DNA of 31,315 nucleotides from an uncultured Bdellovibrionales bacterium (GCA_964641975.1 CAZXKY010000002.1:8070-39384); one strand, 5' to 3'. Shown: positions 9,638 through 18,077, counted from the first letter of the stretch. Made by a program: numbers and translations. The notes: generated by a model from the sequence alone, not told the origin.

Positions 9638-10313
9638 TAATATAGATTGAGTCATCAAGAACCTTGTAAAAAATAACTCTTTGCACCCCGTCCAGAGAAA
9701 CAAATTTTGCATATCTTCCGTAGAAGTTGTTGATAAATTTCACATTCTGCCCCTGCAATACATCTTTCGAAATATCGACATTGGAAAAAATAATTTTTTG
9801 AGAATTTGCGATGAGTGTTTTTTCCCATTCTTTCATAAACTTCACACTATCTTCATAATAATCTTTTATTATCTTGGCATTAAACAACACTCCCAAGTCT
9901 TTTTCATTGTTTTTCGATGTGCAAAAAAATAGATTGTAATTTTTCTCATCAATAATTTTTTGGAAATCACTATCAACAGCTAACCCGGAAACTTCTGAAA
10001 ATTTGCTAAATGGAATTCTTTCTCCTTTTTCATTATCGAAAGCCCAGAAACTAATGGTTTCTGGATTATTTTTTGCTCCCCACATATCAGCCATTAGCTT
10101 ATTAAATAAACTCTCGGCATTTTGGGTATCCTGAGCAAGACTGAGACCAAAATTTTCTGGAACATCGCTTATGGTTCCTTTTTGATTATTTTCTTGATTT
10201 GTGTCATTAAAAACGCTATTTGAATTACCGAAAATTAGCATAAAGTAAAAAACTCCTACTAAAATCAGGATGCAGCTAGCTATTAAAATAATTATAATTT
10301 TTTTTCTTGACAT
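9579..10313 (-). CDS. Membrane-anchored hypothetical protein; paralog of 19272..20390
   Basis: Basic N-terminus plus one TM helix; C-terminal domain aligns by eye with 19272..20390. Confidence 0.75.
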   Translation of the reverse strand: MSRKKIIIILIASCILILVGVFYFMLIFGNSNSVFNDTNQENNQKGTISDVPENFGLSLAQDTQNAESLFNKLMADMWGAKNNPETISFWAFDNEKGERIPFSKFSEVSGLAVDSDFQKIIDEKNYNLFFCTSKNNEKDLGVLFNAKIIKDYYEDSVKFMKEWEKTLIANSQKIIFSNVDISKDVLQGQNVKFINNFYGRYAKFVSLDGVQRVIFYKVLDDSIYITSSLECAQQVSRGLESEEP

Positions 10314-10328
10314 AAACTAAAAAAATAA

Positions 10329-11195
10329 TTAGCAAGACGTGCAAAAATCAGATACATTGACAACTTTTCCTCCCCAACTAGAATCTAAATAATAACTTGA
10401 GCTTCTCTCAACAAGTCCCTTATTTTTCCCCGCCGCATGGATAATGGTGCTGCACCCATCATTTTCACACATAACCACGTGCCCAGGACGAACAATCAAA
10501 TCTCCAGCTTTCAAAGAGCTCTTACTCACAATCGTTTTAGCATTAGCATAAATAGCCGAAGAAGTGCTACCTGGACTTTTGCATCCTGCTTTCAAATAGC
10601 TAGTGTTAACTAAATCAGAACAATCTGTATACGCAGGATTTCCTGTGCATCCATTTCTATTTTGCTGACTATAAACGCAGCCATTGTTTTTTTTCGCTAT
10701 TGCCGCGTCTACTACTTTTCCACATCCTACACTTGAAGAATTAGCTTCCCCAGATGCAGAGGGAACAGTCGTCCCCACTCCCGCTCCTCCTGTTCCCGAA
10801 CTGGTTCCCAGCTGTTCCATGCTTATGTTTATCTTTATCAAATCAGGATTAATAACATATAAGATGAGATAAGCGCCAAGAGCAACAACCAATCCGATAA
10901 TGGCATCAGTAACAACTTTTTTGGCTACATCCATTTTGGAGGTATTTCCAGCACTGGTGAGATACATGAATCCTCCAATAGTAATCATAAGAACGGCAGC
11001 GATTCCTACTGTCCAAATTCCAAATTTATAGATTGATTCAATGAAACTCTTCAGATCGCTGCCTGAATCTTCAAAACCAGGAATGCTTTCTAACTGGGTG
11101 TAGTTATACTGAGCATGAGAAGTTTCAAAGCACAAAAACGAAAGAATGAGAGAAAGAATTGCTACAGAAATTATTATTTTTGCTATTTTTTTCAT
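10329..11195 (-). CDS. VirB2/TrbC-like (T4SS_pilin-type) pilin fused to a C-terminal NlpC/P60 peptidase
   Basis: Signal peptide (..SHA|QY), LESIPG, two TM helices with GGFMYLTSAGN...AK...AIIGL...INPDL. After a G/S linker: YTDCSDLV (catalytic Cys), LKAGDL..RPGHV, IIHA. Confidence 0.85.
   Translation of the reverse strand: MKKIAKIIISVAILSLILSFLCFETSHAQYNYTQLESIPGFEDSGSDLKSFIESIYKFGIWTVGIAAVLMITIGGFMYLTSAGNTSKMDVAKKVVTDAIIGLVVALGAYLILYVINPDLIKINISMEQLGTSSGTGGAGVGTTVPSASGEANSSSVGCGKVVDAAIAKKNNGCVYSQQNRNGCTGNPAYTDCSDLVNTSYLKAGCKSPGSTSSAIYANAKTIVSKSSLKAGDLIVRPGHVVMCENDGCSTIIHAAGKNKGLVERSSSYYLDSSWGGKVVNVSDFCTSC
10787..11104. repeat. Direct repeat copy 1 (318 bp pilin core)
   Basis: Aligned by eye to 13542..13859 (offset 2755): 4 mismatches, at 10815, 10839, 10854 and 11098. 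Confidence 0.97.
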
Positions 11196-11206
11196 TAGGC
11201 TGAATT

Positions 11207-12370
11207 TTACATGCTTATTCCATAGAGCCTTTCATTGCTCTTATTGGTAAAAAACAGGATATCTCCAGAAAGCGACAAGAATAGATTAGTCACATCGTAA
11301 GAATTATTAATATCTTTTATTTCCACTACTCTTTCTGCTTTTCCAGAAGCAATATCCATTTTCCAAAAAGTATCTTTAGTGGAAACTTTTCCAGTCTGAT
11401 AATCATTTGGAAGAATATTATTTTCGGAAGAAAAACTCGGAACAGCATAATAAATTGTTTTGCTGTCCTTTGACCAGACGCATTTTGAAGCAAATGTCGG
11501 TATATTTAGATTTTGGAATTCCCCTCCATTGCTATTAATAACCCCCAGACTAATTTTTGATCCTCCTTTAGAATCAGTTGAACTCACCAGAGCCTTTGAG
11601 CCGTTTGGCGACCACAGATAATCAGCTCCAAATCTTCCAGAAAATATTTTTCTCGCCTCTCCCCCCACAGTGCTTACAACATTCAAAGATGTCTCTTCGA
11701 AAGCATTCGGACTATTCCAGAAAGAAACAAGGGAAGATTGAGGGACAACTGAGATAAAAGTATTGTTAAAATTGATATCCGCAATTTTCTTCCAGTTTTT
11801 CCCGTCAAAATTAGCCATATTCAGAGTTCTTTTTTTGTTTTTCCCATCAAAATAAATATAGAATATCTGATCTCCAAGATTATTCCAAATGGCATATTCT
11901 ACTCCATCAGAAAGCTTATATCCTCTTTTCTCCTTATAATCATACGTTGAGTATTGTATTTTACCGCTTTCATTTAAGCGCGTTATTACTTTGCTCCCAT
12001 CAGGAGACCAGAAAACATTCTTCAGTCCCGAAATGTTTTTGTCGCTGACTGTTTCCTTTCCCTCTCCATCCGAAAAAACTTTAAATACATTTCCGCTCGC
12101 TTTGGAATAATATTCCACACTTTCTCCACCATCAACGGAAATTGGACCTGTTATCGCTTCATCTGACAAGGAATAAATTTTTTCTTTCTTTATTTTTATT
12201 TTATCAAGAGCGCTGCTGTTTTCGTTTTTTCCATCATTCTGGCTAGTTTCTGTGCCAGTTTGAATTGAGGATTTTTCTTTTTTAAAAGAAACGTTATAAA
12301 TTCCCAAGAAAAAAAGCACCGCTGAAAGCAGAACTGCAGAAATTATAAAAATTTTCTTGGCAATTGACAT
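11207..12370 (-). CDS. Membrane-anchored beta-propeller (TolB/PD40-like repeats)
   Basis: N-terminal TM; repeated WSPDG / WSPNG / WSKDS / WNNLG blade motifs. Confidence 0.75.
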   Translation of the reverse strand: MSIAKKIFIISAVLLSAVLFFLGIYNVSFKKEKSSIQTGTETSQNDGKNENSSALDKIKIKKEKIYSLSDEAITGPISVDGGESVEYYSKASGNVFKVFSDGEGKETVSDKNISGLKNVFWSPDGSKVITRLNESGKIQYSTYDYKEKRGYKLSDGVEYAIWNNLGDQIFYIYFDGKNKKRTLNMANFDGKNWKKIADINFNNTFISVVPQSSLVSFWNSPNAFEETSLNVVSTVGGEARKIFSGRFGADYLWSPNGSKALVSSTDSKGGSKISLGVINSNGGEFQNLNIPTFASKCVWSKDSKTIYYAVPSFSSENNILPNDYQTGKVSTKDTFWKMDIASGKAERVVEIKDINNSYDVTNLFLSLSGDILFFTNKSNERLYGISM

Positions 12371-12380
12371 GATAATAATT

Positions 12381-13082
12381 TTATTTTCTTATTATTTTTT
12401 TTCTTATTATAAAATAAACAACACCAATAATAATTAATGACATAACCACAATCAAAACAATGCTCCACACTTTACTGCTTGAGCTTTGGACATTTTCATT
12501 TGCAACTTGTTCTTTGAAGATATTTTCTTTCAATAATATCGCTCCAGTTTTTTCATCTTTTAATATTCCGTTGTTTTTATCAAGAGTTTCTTTTGTTTGC
12601 TGACTAAATGTCACATTGCCAGAAGCGCAGTCTGAAATGCAAGTATTAATATTTTCCCTTTTTTCAAATTCACAAATTCCATTAGAATTACACGTAATAA
12701 ATTGCGATAAATCAACACTCAAAATTTCCTGATTATCAATTTTTGTATAAATTTTTAGATATTTAGCAGTACTAGCATAAGGAATTGACAATTGAAATGA
12801 TCCATTTTTTGGTTGAAGTTCTGCATCAAAAAGCTCATAGTCTTTTACGTCAAATACCCTAAGAACATAGCTACCCGCTTGCCTTTTCCCTGTCATAAAC
12901 TCTAAAATGGGAATATCATTTTCTTTATCTAGTATTACTTTTTCTTGTTCATCGAAGCTCAAAACATTTTTATTGAAATCATATTTGAAATTTAACACAA
13001 AAACATCAGCCTTAGCATTACCAAAAACACCAGCATAAAGTAAAATTACTGAAAAAAAATAAAAAAATAACTTCTTTTTCAT
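12381..13082 (-). CDS. Secreted, C-terminally anchored protein with Cys4 motif
   Basis: Likely start MKKKLFF at 13082; signal peptide (AKA|DV); CNSNGICEFEKRENINTCISDC; C-terminal TM plus RKKIIRK. Confidence 0.75.
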   Translation of the reverse strand: MKKKLFFYFFSVILLYAGVFGNAKADVFVLNFKYDFNKNVLSFDEQEKVILDKENDIPILEFMTGKRQAGSYVLRVFDVKDYELFDAELQPKNGSFQLSIPYASTAKYLKIYTKIDNQEILSVDLSQFITCNSNGICEFEKRENINTCISDCASGNVTFSQQTKETLDKNNGILKDEKTGAILLKENIFKEQVANENVQSSSSKVWSIVLIVVMSLIIIGVVYFIIRKKIIRK

Positions 13083-13089
13083 ATTTTTT

Positions 13090-13968
13090 TTAATTACAAG
13101 TTGCATAATAAGTAGCAACTCTTTGGCAATAGTTTTTCGTTCCGCATTTTCCTGTGTATCCAGCATTATAGCATGAGCCTATACTTTTTGCGTCAGTATT
13201 ACCAAAAACTTTTTTAGCACAAGGAATGGTATTCGTTTTTACAAACTTTGCCGTGCAATTGATGTCTAAGGTTGTATCATTTTTTATCTGAGAACAAATT
13301 TGCTCATTTGACCCGGAAAGACCGCAAACGCTTCTCATATATTGATATTGAACTTGACCATAACCGCATGATTTTCCATCGCTTGAATGATTATTATCGC
13401 AACCTTCTCCTCCAACTATCAATGATTTTAGAATGGCCGCATCAACTCCAGATGTATTATTTGCGATAGCGCTATCTATTTTGCTACATTTTCCATCTGA
13501 GCATGTTTTGCTTGATGCAGTAGAATTTGCCGTCATCCCCACTCCTGTTCCCGAACTGGTTCCCAGCTGATCCATGCTTATGTTTATCTTTATTAAATCA
13601 GGATTAATGACATATAAGATGAGATAAGCGCCAAGAGCAACAACCAATCCGATAATGGCATCAGTAACAACTTTTTTGGCTACATCCATTTTGGAGGTAT
13701 TTCCAGCACTGGTGAGATACATGAATCCTCCAATAGTAATCATAAGAACGGCAGCGATTCCTACTGTCCAAATTCCAAATTTATAGATTGATTCAATGAA
13801 ACTCTTCAGATCGCTGCCTGAATCTTCAAAACCAGGAATGCTTTCTAACTGGATGTAGTCATATGTATTTTGAGCATAAGCTGAAAAGGAAAAATCAAAA
13901 ATCGCTCCAGCAAAAAAAATAATCGCCAAAAAAATCAGTATTTTAAACCCCAAAACTCTATTTTTCAT
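13090..13968 (-). CDS. VirB2/TrbC-like pilin fused to a C-terminal SLT/lysozyme-like lytic transglycosylase
   Basis: Same pilin core as 10329..11195. Tail has ILKSLIVGGE (catalytic Glu position), SCGYGQ (GLMQ-like), LDINCTAKFV, SCYNAG (AxYNxG), NYCQRV. Confidence 0.8.
   Translation of the reverse strand: MKNRVLGFKILIFLAIIFFAGAIFDFSFSAYAQNTYDYIQLESIPGFEDSGSDLKSFIESIYKFGIWTVGIAAVLMITIGGFMYLTSAGNTSKMDVAKKVVTDAIIGLVVALGAYLILYVINPDLIKINISMDQLGTSSGTGVGMTANSTASSKTCSDGKCSKIDSAIANNTSGVDAAILKSLIVGGEGCDNNHSSDGKSCGYGQVQYQYMRSVCGLSGSNEQICSQIKNDTTLDINCTAKFVKTNTIPCAKKVFGNTDAKSIGSCYNAGYTGKCGTKNYCQRVATYYATCN
13542..13859. repeat. Direct repeat copy 2 (318 bp pilin core)
   Basis: 314/318 identical to 10787..11104. 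Confidence 0.97.
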
Positions 13969-14039
13969 ATTTACCCTGTTGAATAAATTTTTCCCTGAAA
14001 AATTGTTCCGATTTATCGAAACTATTCAACAGGGTGAAT
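13969..14039. repeat. Small inverted-repeat element (MITE/REP-like) filling the intergenic spacer
   Basis: Perfect 13-bp TIR ACCCTGTTGAATA (13973-13985) / TATTCAACAGGGT (14023-14035); internal 8-bp hairpin AATTTTTC/GAAAAATT. Confidence 0.7.
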
Positions 14040-14040
14040 T

Positions 14041-16536
14041 TTACTTTTTGTTTCTGCTAAAGTCAGGAGAAAAACTCATTGCAAGTCCTGACATCAAAAT
14101 TATCATAAAAACAACTAATACCGTTTTTAAAAGGAAAAGGGTTTGACTGGGTAAGTTTGAAATTATACTGGCTAAAAACTTTTTTGGACTTTTAAATGAA
14201 AGCGTTTCTACTGCATCTTCAGAAACAACCTCTCCTCTTATCGAACTGGAAATTAATTCTCCACTGCTCTCTGCTTGAGCAACTCCCCAATAATTTTTAA
14301 GAACCTTCCTTAGTTCATTGGGCATCACGTAGAAAGAATTAAAAGTCACATTATGAATTTCTCCAATATTTTTGGTTACAAGAAAATTAATCTCAGCAGG
14401 TGTTTCGGCGTCTGTGTTTTCCTCCCCGTCCAACATCCATGATAAACTTAAAATTCCTGTTTCAGGAAGCCAGGCAGGATGAAATTCTGCCATTAGAGAT
14501 GCGCCCGCCCCAACATAAGTTTCAAAGAGCGTATCACTGTAATCAGCATATCGTTTGCCATCTAAGTCGCTATAGGTTCCCAAGAGTTTTGGCCAAAAAG
14601 TTTCCGCATCGTTTGAAATAATTTTTATGTAAGGTTTAACTATTTGAAACTTCTTTGAAAGTTCAATACTTTTCCCATTTGAAATATTTTTAGCAGTCAT
14701 TCTCACATCAAATTCGTCTCCTTGTGTTCCTAATATTGGTAAAAAAACAATGTTTCCTTGAGAGCAATCAGCGGAAAGAGAGCTGTCGCAAGAAATGTTT
14801 GTTCCATCAACACTCCACGAGAAATCACTCATTCCATCCTTATCAACTTCCAGCCTTAAAATCTGATTTTTGACCACAGGACAAATGTAATAAGACATAC
14901 TATCTTCCACGGTTGTTGTTTCGTTACAAATAAGGCTTTTTTTGCTTAATGAATCGCCATCAGAACTACTGGTGAGATATGCTTTTATTCTGTTTCCAGT
15001 AGCGTTAATTCTTATAATGACTTCTCCGGTTCCAATTCTGGTTTTTTCAGGAATCACTTCCTTTGCCCTAACCTTTATTTTTAGATACCCAATATCATTA
15101 TCAAAATAATTATCATAATCGCTTCCCAAATTGAGACTCACCCCTATTTTTGGATTATTTATCCCTGAAAGCTTTCCGCTTATCAATCCGTCATTATCAA
15201 GCCTTTGGGAGATATCCGTAAAAGTTCCTGACACGCTTTTGCCAGCAGATATTTTCCACTCATTGTAAATTTGAGATGAATCCTGAGAGGGATTAGATAT
15301 TGAAGAATTGACAATTAATACATCACCTAAATTGTCACCGCTTGTATCGTTTATCGGATTTTCCGGAGTATAGGAAAGAGAAACATCCAGTTTTTCATTC
15401 GTCTTTTCTGCCGGATCAATTAAATTATCCTTGAAAGTTTCTTCTTCTCCATCTTCGCCACAATCGTTAGACATCGTATTGCATGCTGTTGGAATAGAAA
15501 CATCAAAATACCCATCGGCACAAGGAGAATGATCAGTTGCATTTGAAGCTGGCTGGCAATATATTTTAGTTGATGATTGACTAATAATAAATTTATTTTT
15601 GGGAAAAGCCCACATCGTCATATATGAAGCATCATCATATTTGGTGGCAATAATTGATGTTCCTTCAACTGCTACTCCCACCCTATCTCCAGATTGATAA
15701 ATCCAACTTAATGTATTTTGACCTAGCCCGGCTACATTGGCTTCATCCATCTGTCCATTTGCAGCCGTATTTGCATCCTGAGGATTGGTTCCCCAAAACC
15801 TTTCTTCTTGATGCCCAAAATCCTTATCTCCCACGCTCCCATGGCCATTAGTGCTAGGAAATAAATGTTTACATTCTGGTAATTCATGGGTTTGTCCTGA
15901 ATCAGCATTGTATATATAACAATGTTTGTTGTCATCGCCATCTGCTCCTTTATCACCCCCGCCAAAGTAGGCCTTGTATCCATCATCATCACCATTCCTT
16001 GAATAATCCGGCTTTGGTTCTTCCTGATTATCGTAGCCTTGGGTAGCAATTAACTTCATTGCTGCCACTTTCCAATCATTAACCTCAATTTCTCCATTTC
16101 CATCTGCATCGCACAATTCCTCTTTTGTGCTGCTGGGATTATTATCCAAATCTTCACATCCCTTGCGCACCAAATACCAAGTAAAATAAAGATTCTCCTT
16201 GGAATTACCAAAATACATCGGGAGAGCACTGGCAGTAAGTGTTTCTCCCTCTTTTGGATCTGAAGGATTAAAAGAAAGCGTTACTTCTGGAGTATTTATC
16301 TTGTTTGCGGAAACATTAAAACTCTGTGCCATATCCGACAGACTATCTGAACTGATATTGTATTGATTCAGAATATCAGCCCCGACTGATATCGGTTCCG
16401 GAACACCAACCGCTCCACCTTCTACGCCATACATGGTTGTATCATAAGCCGAAACAAAAGCATAGTTCAGAAATAATATTTGAAACATTAAAACAAAAAG
16501 CGCTATTATTTTTATTTTAATTTTCTTACCAAACAT
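14041..16536 (-). CDS. Large surface protein (831 aa), signal peptide plus C-terminal TM; probable Ig-like folds and Ca-binding loops
   Basis: Likely start MFGKK at 16536; AFVSA|YD cleavage; DADGNGEI; GTNPQDANT; beta-rich segments; hydrophobic C-terminus. Confidence 0.8.
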   Translation of the reverse strand: MFGKKIKIKIIALFVLMFQILFLNYAFVSAYDTTMYGVEGGAVGVPEPISVGADILNQYNISSDSLSDMAQSFNVSANKINTPEVTLSFNPSDPKEGETLTASALPMYFGNSKENLYFTWYLVRKGCEDLDNNPSSTKEELCDADGNGEIEVNDWKVAAMKLIATQGYDNQEEPKPDYSRNGDDDGYKAYFGGGDKGADGDDNKHCYIYNADSGQTHELPECKHLFPSTNGHGSVGDKDFGHQEERFWGTNPQDANTAANGQMDEANVAGLGQNTLSWIYQSGDRVGVAVEGTSIIATKYDDASYMTMWAFPKNKFIISQSSTKIYCQPASNATDHSPCADGYFDVSIPTACNTMSNDCGEDGEEETFKDNLIDPAEKTNEKLDVSLSYTPENPINDTSGDNLGDVLIVNSSISNPSQDSSQIYNEWKISAGKSVSGTFTDISQRLDNDGLISGKLSGINNPKIGVSLNLGSDYDNYFDNDIGYLKIKVRAKEVIPEKTRIGTGEVIIRINATGNRIKAYLTSSSDGDSLSKKSLICNETTTVEDSMSYYICPVVKNQILRLEVDKDGMSDFSWSVDGTNISCDSSLSADCSQGNIVFLPILGTQGDEFDVRMTAKNISNGKSIELSKKFQIVKPYIKIISNDAETFWPKLLGTYSDLDGKRYADYSDTLFETYVGAGASLMAEFHPAWLPETGILSLSWMLDGEENTDAETPAEINFLVTKNIGEIHNVTFNSFYVMPNELRKVLKNYWGVAQAESSGELISSSIRGEVVSEDAVETLSFKSPKKFLASIISNLPSQTLFLLKTVLVVFMIILMSGLAMSFSPDFSRNKK

Positions 16537-16549
16537 ATTTTTATTTTTT

Positions 16550-17200
16550 TTATTTGACGAGATGAATATAAAATGAATCAAAAATTATATTAAAAATTAA
16601 AAAGGAGATAAAAGAATAAAATATCGATCGACTAAAATACACGGTTATTCCAGAAAAAATCAGAAAAATCAGATAGGGCGTCAGAGTCCAATGCACTCCT
16701 CTGGAAAAAAAGAAAAGTGCCAAAAAAATTAATGCTTGCAAGGGAATTGCCCAAAGCTCAATCTTTTTAGAAAAACTCAGCATCAGAAACCCACGAAAGA
16801 AAACCTCATAAAGAAAAGTGAAAAAACCAAACAGAATAATTTCATAAAGGAGAAAAAATGCGAAGCTATCGATTATATGGCGAGGAAGGAAATATTTTTG
16901 TGCAAGCCCAAAATAGTTAAAAAGAATATATGCAACTGATATTGATATTACTAATGAAATTACTGACCAAGTTATACCAGTCTGCCAATTTCCCTTTCTG
17001 ATTCCAAGGTGTTTCAGATCCTTTTTTAATATTATTTTAACATAAAGAACCGGAATCACCAATAAAAAAGTCGCACTGGAAACGATTTGCTGAAAAACAT
17101 TATCAGTTGGGAAAACAGAATATAACAAAAGGCAGAAAAAAATAACAGCCGCAGTTATAGCATCTTCTTTATTAAAAATAGAAAATATTTTTTGTTTCAT
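16550..17200 (-). CDS. CPBP (CAAX-protease/Abi) family membrane protein, degenerate motifs
   Basis: Multi-TM; LKHLGI, YEVFFRGF (EExxxR-like), SRSIF; no His motifs. Confidence 0.6.
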   Translation of the reverse strand: MKQKIFSIFNKEDAITAAVIFFCLLLYSVFPTDNVFQQIVSSATFLLVIPVLYVKIILKKDLKHLGIRKGNWQTGITWSVISLVISISVAYILFNYFGLAQKYFLPRHIIDSFAFFLLYEIILFGFFTFLYEVFFRGFLMLSFSKKIELWAIPLQALIFLALFFFSRGVHWTLTPYLIFLIFSGITVYFSRSIFYSFISFLIFNIIFDSFYIHLVK

Positions 17201-17212
17201 ACAAACATTATA

Positions 17213-17635
17213 CTATAACTTCTTCCATCTCACTAGCAAAAAAACAGCTCCCAAGACTATGAAAATGTCTGCTAAATTAAAGACTGGCCAAAATTTCAAG
17301 TCAATAAAATCCGTTACGCATCCAAATGTTAGTCTGTCAATAATATTGGAAAATGCCCCAGATAATATCAGGATTATAAGGATATTATCTTGGTTGTTAT
17401 CAGTTGTTTTTTGCATTATGATTCTCTTAATAAAAAAAGAAATCAAAAAAACCATAATAACCACCCAAAATAGCCAAAAAATATAGCCAGGAAGAGACAC
17501 CCCCCAGGAAATTCCAGAATTACAAACATAAAATCCGCCAAAATGGCGGATTAAATATTTGGAAATTTGATCAAAGAAAACAAGAAGGCTGAAAAAAAAT
17601 AGATATTTTACTAGAATATATTTGTAAATTCGCAT
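17213..17635 (-). CDS. lspA: Lipoprotein signal peptidase II
   Basis: FDQISK, NSGISWG, GAFSNIIDR, VTDFI, FNLAD; start MRIY at 17635. Confidence 0.93.
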   Translation of the reverse strand: MRIYKYILVKYLFFFSLLVFFDQISKYLIRHFGGFYVCNSGISWGVSLPGYIFWLFWVVIMVFLISFFIKRIIMQKTTDNNQDNILIILILSGAFSNIIDRLTFGCVTDFIDLKFWPVFNLADIFIVLGAVFLLVRWKKL

Positions 17636-17648
17636 ATTCAAATCGGGG

Positions 17649-17999
17649 TTATTTGCATTTAATGCAAACCCTGGCTGCCGGATAAATTTTGAGTCTTTCA
17701 ATATCAATTTCCTGATGGCAGTTTTCACATATCCCATATGTTCCGTCCTCCATTCTCTTCAAAGCGTTTCTTATATCCTTAAGCTGATTTTCCAGACTGG
17801 TTTCTACCGACAGATTATCCGCATAAGTTTCAACTTCGGTTGCATTATCATCTTTATCGGTTCCTATTTCATCAAACTTCGTCTCAAAATCTCCAGGAGT
17901 TTCAGTCGGTTCAGCAATATTGCCAAGATCCTTTTCCAATTTTGTCTTTTCTTCTTCTAGCTTAGCTTTAAGTTCTGCTTTTATTTCTTCATTAATCAT
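17649..17999 (-). CDS. TraR/DksA C4-type zinc-finger protein
   Basis: Coiled coil with DKDDNATEVE; ALKRMEDGTYGICENC...ERLKIYPAARVCIKC. Confidence 0.9.
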   Translation of the reverse strand: MINEEIKAELKAKLEEEKTKLEKDLGNIAEPTETPGDFETKFDEIGTDKDDNATEVETYADNLSVETSLENQLKDIRNALKRMEDGTYGICENCHQEIDIERLKIYPAARVCIKCK

Positions 18000-18077
18000 A
18001 GAATTCTTCTTACCAAATTACATATAAATATTAACAAATATATCATCAACTGTCTATTGTAATTGATCTTTAAGAGG

